Assembly (NCBI GenBank): GCA_963845385.1
Contig: CAWJRW010000006.1
Coordinates: 1,544,910-1,608,909, forward strand
DNA: 64,000 nt
Source: an uncultured Alphaproteobacteria bacterium
GTDB taxonomy: Bacteria; Pseudomonadota; Alphaproteobacteria; CAWJRW01
Direction: 5' to 3'
Numbering within the stretch: the first letter of the stretch is position 1; the number at the start of each line of letters is the position of its first letter. A program made the translations under genes and the position numbers. Below, in pieces: positions 55,458-64,000 of this stretch. Under the pieces are notes generated by a model that was not told where the DNA came from, made no database searches, and saw only the letters and a program-made list of their open reading frames with translations.

Positions 55458-57763
55458 TAAGACCGTTGCGCAGCATGTTGACGAAAGGACCCTCCGTCGA
55501 CACGTTGAGCTCGACCGGATAGCCGCTATAGAGAGCTGGATTATTCCCCTTCAGATGAACCTTTACTGAAAGCGTGCCGTCCACGGGCCCCGCGAGATCG
55601 ACGGACAACGTACTATAGCGGAAATCGTCGAGCGCATTGAACAAGATCTCGGTTTCGGAGCCCTTGGCGCCGGCGGCCGCTGTGGGGTTCTTGTAGGTCA
55701 GAGAGCCGCCCGGCGCCTCGGCTTCCGCGTGTCCGTCCTTCACGATTTGACGATCGCCCTCGAAGATCACGGGCACCCGGGCCTTGAGCCGGCCGGTTCC
55801 CGCAAGACCCTTGATGGCGACGAGCTCGAGCAAGGCCTTCAGATCCACATGGTCGAAGGCGAGCGTGATCTTCTTCTCGCGGCCGCCGCCCAATTCGAAC
55901 GGCTCCAGGAAGACACTGCCCGAAAGAAACGGAAAGGAAGCCTCGCGCACGCGGATGTCGATGCCCTTCGCAAACTCGAAGCGCAGGACGCCGTCCGTGA
56001 GCGGCAAGCCCACATCCATCGTCCGTACACGGATCTCTTGGGGCGCCGGCCGTCTCGAGCGGAACGAGGCTCGAAAGCGCGACCTTGCCGCTCACGCCTT
56101 GGAGCTCGGCGAAGCCCGCGCGGAAACCGAGATCGGCAAGATCGAGATTGGCCTCGGAGCGGAAGCCCGAGGCGCCCCATGCGAAGTCCGCTTTGCCGCC
56201 CACCGTGCCCGACGCGCGCGTGATCGTGCCCCGGAGCAGTGGCAGAAGCCTGTCGGGCTGCAGCGCGCCCTCGGCGAAGGTGAGCCTTTCGAGCACGAGC
56301 GCGGCCCGGCCTTCGGCGCTCTCGAGATCGTGCTCGCCCTCGACATGGGCAACGGGTTGGGCGACGGCGCCCGCGCCCTCGACCTCGCCATCGAGCGCGA
56401 AGACAAGGCGACGGCCCTCGAGATCGACCTTGCCCTGAAGAGAAAGCGGCGCGAAGCGCGGCGCGCGCGTAATGTCGGCCACCTCGCCATGAACGAGCCG
56501 GAGCGCGCCTTCCTCGAGCGTGTCGCCCTCGCCCGCCACCTCGCCCGACAAGTCGAGCCCCGACAGCGACAAGGCGGCCGCGGGCGCGGTGAGCGTGCCG
56601 CCTTCCGCCTTGAGCGAGGCGCGCCAACCCGATGGTTTTCGCACCACGCCGATGGTGAGCGCGGGCAGCATGCCCGCCACGACATCGCCCTGCGCGTTTT
56701 GCAGCGCGATCTTCGCCGAGGGCACGAGCGCATCGACGGTGAGCGCGCCGTCTTCGCTCGTCAGCAGCGCGCGATCCGGCGCCAGCGCACAAAGGCTCAA
56801 ATCCGTGCTCTGCGTGGAAAAAGACGTGAGCGCGAGACGGACATTGCGCAGCTCCGTGCACGTGTCGGCGAAGACGGAGAGCTTGCCGCGGCTTTGCTCG
56901 AAGCGTCCGTTGAGCGCGAGCGCGCCATGGTCGAACACGAGCGACTGGCCGAGAGGGCCGTCGAGCATGGCGTCGAGCGCGGCGCGGCCTTTCCAACCGT
57001 CGCCGTCCACCGATTTCTCGAGCACGAGCGTGGCGTCGCTGAAACGGAGATTGAGCGGGCCCGCCGCCGGTCTCGACCACGGCCGGCGGGGCTGCGGGCG
57101 CCGGAGCCTCGAACCGCACATGGGCTTCGAGCGCCCCCTGTCGGGGAAAGCGACAGCGTGATGTCGCCCTGATGGGGTGCCACCATAACGGGCGCATCGG
57201 CGCGCGGGGCGATGGCAAGCGCGGCGCGGGCCGAGCCGCCTTGCGCCGGATCGAGATCGATCGCGTCCGCGCGCACGCTCACATTGGCGTAAGGCGTATC
57301 GAGCGTGAGCAACGTGTCCTTGAGCGCGATGGACGGCAGCGGCGCCGCGCCGCCTCCGCGCCCCGCGAAGATGAACGGATCCAAGGCACCGAAGGAAAAC
57401 CCGTCCGCGCCGAGCGTGCCGGAGAGGCGAAGGCCGTCCCCCTCGAGCCCGCGCACGCCGCCGAACGGGCCCCATACGCCGAATTGGGCCGCGGCGCGCC
57501 GCGCCGACATGACTTGGCCGAGCGAGACGTCTGCCAGCACGAGCTTCCGCCATCGCGCGTCTTCGACTGTGAAATGCGCGTCCGCGACGCCCGCTATCGC
57601 GAGCGCGCCGCGCAAGGCGAGCGACGTCGCCCATTTGGGTGCGACAAGAAAGCCCGCCACGGCCACGATCACGAGCAACGCGAGACCAGCGCCGGCGGCG
57701 CCCAGAAATCGGCCGCCAGGCGAAGCTTCTCGTGCCGCTCACTTCTGTTTCGCTCCCGCGCAT
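55429..57763 (-). pseudogene. ydbH: YdbH-family (AsmA-like) intermembrane lipid-transfer protein; four frame breaks (about 57715, 57150, 57060, 56033)
   Basis: N-terminal TM LLVIVAVAGFLVAPKW, a long beta-rich body (ORFs 56797..57678, 55839..57218, 55613..57763) and a C-terminal piece, ORF 55429..56019 (...LSGSVFLEPFELGG...FRYSTLSVDLAGPVDGTLSVKVHLKGNNP...). Conserved order ydbH-ynbE-ydbL. Confidence 0.75.
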
Positions 57764-57920
57764 GACCGACGCCAGACCGGCCGCTCGTGCCGGGCGCCCG
57801 GTGTCCCCTTCCGCCCCGCCTCATCATCGGCCGCGCGCATGGCGGGGTCAATCGCCCATCTCGTCAGCACCGCCACAGTCGTGCCATGATTCCGCGTTGA
57901 TTCTTCGAAGGGAGTTTCAC

Positions 57921-58505
57921 ATGTGCGCGCGCTTCCGCTTTTCATCGCTCTTGGGCGGACTATTGGTTTCGGCGTGTCTTGTTGTCTTCAGCCACGGCAT
58001 CGCCGCCGCCGCGGACCAGCCCGAGACATACAAGAAGAACGAAATCGCCAATGCGGTCGCGAACTTCTTCGGCATGACCACGGAAGCCGCGGCGCGCGTG
58101 GTCGAGAAGATCTTCCACGACAAGGGCGAGCCCAACGCCTATATCACCGGCGAGGAAGGGGCGGGCGCCTTCATCGGCGGCCTGCGCTACGGCAAAGGCG
58201 AGCTCGTGCGCAAGGGCGCCGAGCCGATGGTCGTCTTTTGGCAGGGTCCGTCGGTCGGCTTCGATTTCGGCGGCAACGCGTCCAAGGTCTTCGTGCTCGT
58301 CTACAATCTCTACAATCCGGAGGATCTCTTCCACCGCTTTCCGGGACCGGAAGCCGCGGGCTATTTCATCGCCGGCCTCGGCGTGAATTATCAGCAAAAG
58401 GGCGAGATCGTTCTCGCGCCCATACGCACGGGCGTGGGCTTACGCGGCGGCGTCAATGTCGGCTATCTGCGCTACACGCGCCAGCGCCGCTGGCTGCCGT
58501 TCTGA
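57921..58505 (+). CDS. DUF1134 (EipA-like) periplasmic protein
   Basis: ORF 57639..58505(+) trimmed to MCARFRFSSLLGGLLVSACLVVF (signal). GEPNAYITGEEGAGAFIGGLRYGKGEL...GPSVGFDFGGNASKVFVLVYNL is the DUF1134 pattern. Confidence 0.75.
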   Translation: MCARFRFSSLLGGLLVSACLVVFSHGIAAAADQPETYKKNEIANAVANFFGMTTEAAARVVEKIFHDKGEPNAYITGEEGAGAFIGGLRYGKGELVRKGAEPMVVFWQGPSVGFDFGGNASKVFVLVYNLYNPEDLFHRFPGPEAAGYFIAGLGVNYQQKGEIVLAPIRTGVGLRGGVNVGYLRYTRQRRWLPF

Positions 58506-58582
58506 GGCGCCTCTCGACAGCGCGCGCCAAGAGGTGAAAACTCCGCGGCGTGCCGGTTTCCGGCCCATCGAGGGAGCGCGCC

Positions 58583-59573
58583 ATGCAATACACCAATCTC
58601 GGCCGTTCGGGCCTGCGCGTCTCGCGCATCTGCTTCGGCGCCATGAGCTTCGGCACGCAGCGCGCCTGGACCTTGAGCGAGGACAAGGCCAAGCCCTTGG
58701 TGAAGAAGGCGCTGGAGGCGGGCGTCAACTTCTTCGACACGGCCAACGTCTATTCGGCCGGCGAAAGCGAGGAGATTCTCGGCCGCGCGCTCAAGGAGTA
58801 CGCGGCCCACCGCGAGGACGTGGTCATCGCGACCAAGGTCTTCTTCAGCGCCGCCGGCATCGCCGACCGCAAGGAAAACCGCTGGGGGTTGAGCCGGAAA
58901 CACATTCTCTACGAGGTCGATCAGTCGCTGAAGCGGCTCGGCACCGACTACATCGACCTCTATCAAATCCACCGGCTCGATCCGCGCCCGCCCATCGAAG
59001 AAACCCTCGACGCGCTCGATGCCTGCGTGCGCGCGGGCAAGGTGCGCTATATCGGCGCCTCCAGCATGTGGGCCTGGCAATTCGAGCGCGCGCTCGCCAC
59101 GAGCGAGCGGCTTGGGCTCGCGAAATTCGTCTCCATGCAGAACCACTACAATCTCGTCTATCGCGAGGAGGAGCGCGAGATGCTGCCGCTGTGCCGCGAG
59201 CGCGGCATCGGCGTCATTCCCTGGAGCCCGCTTGCGCGCGGCTTTCTCGCCGGCAACCGCACGCGCGAAGGCGGCAAGACCGCGCGCGCAAAAACCGACG
59301 AGTTCTTTCAGGTGCCGCCCGCGGATTACGAGAACGATTTTCAGGTGCTGGAGCGCGTGGTCGAGCTCGCCGAGCGCCACGGCAAGCCGCCCGCCGTCAT
59401 CGCGCTCTCGTGGCTCTTGGCGCAGCCCGGCGTCACCGCGCCCATCCTGGGCTGCGACGAAACTCGAGCAGCTCGAGCAATCGCTCACGGCGGTCGATTT
59501 TTCGCTCAGCGCGGACGAGATCAAATATCTAGGCGAGCTTTATAGGCCGCATAACGTGAGGGGGCATGCGTGA
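58583..59573 (+). pseudogene. Aldo/keto reductase; one frame break near 59455
   Basis: MQYTNLGRSGLRVSRICFGAMSFG...FFDTANVYS...YIDLYQIHRLD...VRYIGASSMWAWQ...IPWSPLARGFL...APILG | ATKLEQLEQSLTAVDFSLSADEIKYLGELY (ORFs 58550 and 59019). Confidence 0.85.
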
Positions 59574-59713
59574 GGGGGCGAGTTAATCCACGCGCGGTTG
59601 ACAAGGTGGCACCGTCCGCGCTTGCTCTCAATTGCAGAAGGTGCCCTCGTCGGTTGAGAGGCATGCTATCAATCAGGTCGTTACCTGAAAAGAGGACAGA
59701 CTTAGGGGACATC

Positions 59714-60422
59714 ATGGCCGTCGAGTTGATCAGGTCGCTCCTTGATCGTGCGGACACCCTCTGCCGCGAGCTTGAGACAGAGCTGAACAAGTGCCTTGCC
59801 GCGCAGGATGTAACTTCACTGGCGCTCAATCTAACGCATGAGGTGATTGAGAAATGCGCCAATGCGCTGGATCAAATTATGACCGCGACATATGAGCAGC
59901 ACATCAAGCCGAAGCTTGCAGCCCCTCCTAAACGGGGCGGGTACTTTCCGGCAACCGAGACGGAAGATGAATTCAAGTCGGCAATGGGACAGTGGGGCGC
60001 CGCAAACATCGACGTTCTGGATCCACGGCTCGCCAAGATATTGCGTTCGGTGCAACCCATGACTTCCGCCGCAAATCTATGGCTCAAGCAACTCCGGTGG
60101 ATCGCAGCCCAAAAGCATGCGGGGCTTATTCCTCAAAAGAAGATCGAGGAGCGCCGAGTGACGGTCACAGACTCGACTTGGCGGAAGTATTTCTTGGGGA
60201 CCAGGCGTCACGTTTAGTGGTGGCATATCGGTTATGGGCGCGCCTATCGATCCGCAAACACAGCTGCCCGTTCCAACAGCGGGGGTAACTACTCGAATTG
60301 AATCGTGGGTCAGCTTCGTTATTGAGGGCACTAATCTCAATGCATTAGGCTTCTGCAGGGGCGCAGTAACAAATACGAGATCGATCCTAGAAAAGTTCGT
60401 GAGCGATCTTGCGCTGGTATAG
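59714..60422 (+). pseudogene. Hypothetical protein in a low-GC patch (no family recognised); one frame break near 60187
   Basis: ATG 59714 with AGGGG RBS. MAVELIRSLLDRADTLCRELETEL...RVTVTDST | GGSISWGPGVTFSGGISVMGAPIDPQ...FVIEGTNLNALGFC... joins ORFs 59570..60217 and 60234..60422. Visibly AT-richer than its flanks. Confidence 0.4.
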
Positions 60423-60586
60423 CGAACGCACTTAATACGGCGACAGAAATTCGCTCCAGTTCAGCTTGACGCTCGCGGAATAAAACGCGCCGTCGAAATA
60501 GCGCGAGCCGCGAAGGCGCCGCCGCCCACTTCAAGCCACAAGCCCTCGCCCCCGCCGCGCGGCCTGATAGACATCTCGGACACTGG

Positions 60587-60769
60587 CCTCACCCTTCGAG
60601 ACGCCCGCCTCTCATCCTGAGCTCCCGCCCTCATCTTTCGAGACGCCGCCTGACGGCGGCTCCTCAAGATGAGGGCGAGAGACGAAGGACGCGGGCTCCT
60701 CAGGGTGACGAATTAAAGGAAGCCTCATGGTGAGGAGCGTCACGCAGTGACGCGTCTCGAACCATGAGG
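60587..60769. repeat. REP cluster (type I variants + one type II unit)
   Basis: CCTCACCCTTCGAGACGCC..., CCCTCATCTTTCGAGACGCCGCCTGACGGCGGCTCCTCAAGATGAGGG, ...CTCCTCAGGGTGA, then CCTCATGGTGAGGAGCGTCACGCAGTGACGCGTCTCGAACCATGAGG. Confidence 0.8.
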
Positions 60770-60935
60770 CGATCCAGAGAGATTTTCAAACTGGCACCGA
60801 TGAGTTAGCCGCGCCGCAACGAACAGCGAAGGCAGGCCGCCCAGAAACATTGCGCGCTTGAACATGGGACCCTCCCTTGATTTGCGTCGCGCGGGCTAGT
60901 CTAACTCAGCGCGGGACAAGAACAGGGGCCGCCGC

Positions 60936-62732
60936 ATGAGCAGCGAATACGACGTGATCGCCGTGGGCTCGGGCCACAACGGCCTCGTGGCCGCGGCCTA
61001 TCTCGCGGCGGCGGGAAAGAAGGTGCTGGTGCTCGAGCGCAACGCCTGGTTCGGCGGCGGCGTGGTGACGCGCGAGCTCACCGTGCCCGGCTTCCGCCAC
61101 GACCAGCATTCCATGGCGCACATCTTCATTCAGGCGAACCCGCTGCTGAAGAACGACGAGCTCGGCCTGAAATCGAAATTCGGGCTCAACTACGTCTTCC
61201 CCGAGATTCCGATGATGTCGGTGTTCGAGGACGGCAGACGCTCGGCGTCTATCGCGACCGCAAGCGCACCTGCGCCGACATCGCGAAATTCTCGAAGAAG
61301 GACGCGGACGCCTTCTTGCGCCTCTCCGATCAGGCGGCCGCCTGGCTGCCCATGCTCGCGGCAAGCTTCTACGCGCCGCCCGCCGCCGCTCGGCGCCTCG
61401 CTCGCGTTCATGGATCAGAGCCGCGAGGGGCGCGAGCTGTGGCGCACCATGCAGATGTCCTCGCACGACGTGCTGTGCGAGCTTCTTCGAGCACGACAAG
61501 CGTGCGCATGCATTTCGCGCGCGTGGCGGGCGAGAACCTCGTCTCGCCCGACGAGAAGGCGACGGGCCTCGGCGTCTTCGTCTTCGTCGGCTTCCTCGAG
61601 GCTTACGGCATCGGCGTGCCGATCGGCGGCTCGGGCAAGCTCACCGATGCGCTCATCGCCTGCATCGAGCATCACGGCGGCACGGTGCAGGCGAGCACGG
61701 ACGTCGACGAAAGTGCTCACCGCGGGCGGGCGCGCGGTCGGCGTGCGCACGAACGACGGGCGCGATGTTCAAGGCGAAGGACGGCGTCATCGGCGCCATT
61801 CACCCGCATCATCTCGGGCGCATGGTGGACGGGCTCGACGCCCAAGTCGTGCGCGACGCGGAGCGCACGCAGATCTCGGAGATCGGCTGCATCACGGTGC
61901 ACGCGGCGCTCGAACGAGCCGCTGAAATTCCGCGCGGGCGAGCACGTGCGCGCGGTGATGATCGAGCTTCTGCCCAACGACTACGACACGCTTGCGCAAA
62001 TCGTTCGACAATCTGCGCTACGGCGAATTTTCCGACTATCCGCTCGTGGGGCTCGGCTCGCTCACGATGTTCGATCCGTCGCGCGCGCCGGCGGGCAAGG
62101 CCACGATGCACGCCTGGGACTACGTGCCTTACGCGCGCGCCGACGGGCGAAGCTGGGACGACACCAAGCACGCACTACGCCGAGCGCATGCTGGCGCATA
62201 TGGGCAAGTTCATCGACGAACCTCACGCCCGACAACATCATCGCCTATCACTGCGACAGCCCGCTCGACATGGAGCGCACCTCGTCGAGCTTCCTGCGCG
62301 GCGATCTGCACGGCGTCGCGGCCACGACGTATCAGCAGGGCGCGCACCGGCCGACGCCCGATCTCGGCCAGAACACCGTGCCGGGCGTGCGAGCGGCTTT
62401 ATCTCGTGGGGCCGTTCCAGCATCCGGGCGGCGGCGTTTTCGGCGCGGGGCGCGCGGCGGCCATGCGCATGGCCGACGACTTGAAGCTCGATCTCGACAA
62501 AGCGCTGCGCGAAAGCTGGACGATGAAGCTCTATTCCGCCGACAATTCCGAGCTCATGGAAGTGAGCGCGCTCGAGCGCAACGGCGACGAGCTCGTCATC
62601 AAAGGCAAGGTGTTCGGCACCATGCCGATGACGGCGAAGCTCACGCCGCAAGAGGCGCGCGCGGCGCTCCGCCTCCTCAATCTGCGCCTCGTGCTCTTTC
62701 TCTTGACGCTGCCGTTTCGCAAGAGCGCGTGA
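60936..62732 (+). pseudogene. FAD-dependent oxidoreductase (phytoene-desaturase-like) with an in-frame about 70-aa hydrophobic-tailed C-terminal extension; about nine frame breaks
   Basis: MSSEYDVIAVGSGHNGLVAAAYLAAAGKKVLVLERNAWFGGG (GxGxxG dinucleotide fold), ...VPIGGSGKLTDALI..., ...RLYLVGPFQHPGGGVFGAGRAAA. Pieces lie in ORFs 60936, 61316, 61765 and 61992. From ATG 62524, MKLYSADNSELMEVSALERNGDELVIKGKVFGTMPMTAKLTPQEARAALRLLNLRLVLFLLTLPF may be a separate small gene. Confidence 0.65.
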
Positions 62733-62753
62733 AGCGCGCTCGCGCGCTTCGGC

Positions 62754-63164
62754 TCAGCCGGGAAACAGCGACATCACGTAGTGGCTGTCCATATATTCGC
62801 GGATGGCGGCGATTTTGCCGTCCTTCACCTCGAAGGCCCAGGCATAGAGGTTGTCGTAAGGCCGCCCGTCGCTCAAGCGCCCGACGCCCCTGATCTCGGC
62901 CAGCACGAGCGGGCCCTTGGAGGCGATCGAGCTGACGTGGATCTTCGGATCGCCCTCGACGAACAGCCCGCGCACCGGCGCCAGAAACTTGTCCACGATC
63001 TCGTCGCGCCCCACATGCGCGCCCGAGCCCGGCACGGCCTTGGCCTGCACCGTCCAGACGGCGTCCTGGTGAAACAACGGGCGGATGCGCTCGAGCTCGC
63101 CCGAGGAGAGCGTGTCGAGGAAGTTGAGGACTACTCGTTCGTATTCGTTGGCGGCGTGAACCAT
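62754..63164 (-). CDS. SnoaL-like / NTF2-family protein
   Basis: ORF 62754..63230(-) trimmed to MVHAANEYERVVLNFLDTLSSGELERIRPLFHQDAVW...YAWAFEVKDGKIAAIREYMDS, the typical NTF2-like fold pattern. Confidence 0.65.
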   Translation of the reverse strand: MVHAANEYERVVLNFLDTLSSGELERIRPLFHQDAVWTVQAKAVPGSGAHVGRDEIVDKFLAPVRGLFVEGDPKIHVSSIASKGPLVLAEIRGVGRLSDGRPYDNLYAWAFEVKDGKIAAIREYMDSHYVMSLFPG

Positions 63165-63275
63165 GGGTGCCTCGCTGATTGGCCATGTAGTGATGATGAG
63201 AGGAGCGCCTCTACGCGCAACTGCATCCAAGAATTGTTAGCTTACCACTGTCAGCGGGATAATGTGGAGACGGCC

Positions 63276-63639
63276 ATGCCGCGCAAGATGAGGAAAGACG
63301 AAAATGGTCGACACGCAGCAGATGACTCGACAGTGCGTTGGAGCACGCGCCGAGAAGCTTGTTGAGGCGGAACTGCTTCGTCATGGCTGGACACGCAGTA
63401 ATGTGAACGCTACGCTGAAAAGCGCCGTAGACTTTGACATCTTCGCAGTGAAGCGCGGTAAGTCGGTGCAATGAAGGGTGACGGCGTCGAGCACTGGGTA
63501 TCTGTTCCCCTCGGAGATCCTGGTACAATGCACCGCGACACGCTGGGACCAGACACCCAAGTCGATGATAAGCGCGTTCCTTCTGAACAAATTGGGCAAA
63601 AGGCAGAATTATTTCCGACGAACATACCTATCAAAATGA
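63276..63639 (+). pseudogene. Possible small PD-(D/E)XK-nuclease-like gene, disrupted (in-frame TGA at 63472 plus probable shifts), in a low-GC patch
   Basis: ...GARAEKLVEAELLRHGWTRSNVNATLKSAVDFDIFAVKRGKSVQ-TGA-RVTASSTG... resembles the GxxGE..v..eL...GW...D-D..A.K.GK...(I/V)Q(V)K(T/A)S core of restriction-endonuclease-like proteins. Boundaries and frame are uncertain. Confidence 0.25.
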
Positions 63640-64000
63640 CTTGCATATTTGGCAGAGATTCTCTGTCTGAGCTTAATGACTGGGAGGACTCTCTTATAGA
63701 CTGTTTTAAAGTTCTCCCTGCTCAACTCTGTTGCGAATCCCTCTTCTATTTGACCTTCCTCGATCATTTTTGACAGATAGTTGTACTCGTTTATAAGCGC
63801 CTCAACATGATCGAATCCAATCGTCTTCCCGAAAAACAGAGCCATCGGAATCTTCCCGGCAATCTCGTCAAATCGCTTCCGAACATCCTCGAGCATGGCG
63901 CGGTAGATGTTGGGGGTACCCCCCTTCAAGCTATCAAGCTTGTTGTCGATAGCGCTTAGAAGTGTCCCCACATCTTCAGACCACAAGACCCTTTTTGTTG
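63609..64000 (-). CDS. Hypothetical helical protein in a low-GC patch, probably 5'-truncated by the window edge
   Basis: ORF 63609..63986(-). The frame stays open upstream to position 64000. AT-rich codon usage unlike the rest of the window. No family recognised. Confidence 0.35.
   Translation of the reverse strand, partial: TKRVLWSEDVGTLLSAIDNKLDSLKGGTPNIYRAMLEDVRKRFDEIAGKIPMALFFGKTIGFDHVEALINEYNYLSKMIEEGQIEEGFATELSRENFKTVYKRVLPVIKLRQRISAKYASHFDRYVRRK

Noticed and set aside
63472-63474. In-frame TGA as selenocysteine or stop-codon recoding
   Set aside because: I saw no SECIS-like hairpin immediately downstream. The context is a degraded, low-confidence ORF, and two compensating 1-nt indels explain the TGA.

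Overview
High-GC (about two-thirds G+C by eye) alphaproteobacterial, Hyphomicrobiales-like chromosome segment. Left third (1-24.6 kb): housekeeping and metabolic genes (carD, fdxA, a Suv3-like helicase, rpmB, pyrC, two ThDP enzymes, tRNA-Met, mnmA). It also holds a translationally coupled three-gene locus at 16.9-20.5 kb: a zinc-ribbon/degenerate-GGDEF protein, a processive GT2 synthase and a HlyD-like protein. I rate this locus the best candidate for an uncharacterised system, namely a c-di-GMP-gated exopolysaccharide machine. Centre (24.7-53.3 kb): a flagellar/chemotaxis supercluster, in map order flgL-flgK (minus strand), fliK-flgD-flgE, sciP, fliF-fliG-fliH(flbE)-fliN-flbD, flhA-flhF-flhG, fliJ-fliI (minus strand), ctrA, a glycerate kinase, and on the minus strand chpT-cheA-cheW-cheY-cheB-cheR. 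Between flgK and fliK sit divergent sigma-54 promoters that share a central palindrome. Right (53.4-64 kb): cysQ, ydbH-ynbE-ydbL, DUF1134, an aldo-keto reductase, a FAD oxidoreductase, a SnoaL-like gene and two low-GC patches with unrecognisable ORFs. A dispersed family of nested palindromic REP/MITE-like repeats occupies five intergenic sites. Major caveat: very many genes are interrupted by single-nucleotide frame breaks, at least about 70 by my non-exhaustive hand count. They are extremely dense at 30.8-42.2 kb and absent from several multi-kb blocks. No stop-codon decay accompanies them, and the sites I resolved lie mostly in short G/C runs, so consensus sequencing error is more likely than true pseudogenisation. 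I typed these genes as pseudogene only because the sequence as given cannot encode the intact product. No CRISPR array, transposase or integrase was seen.
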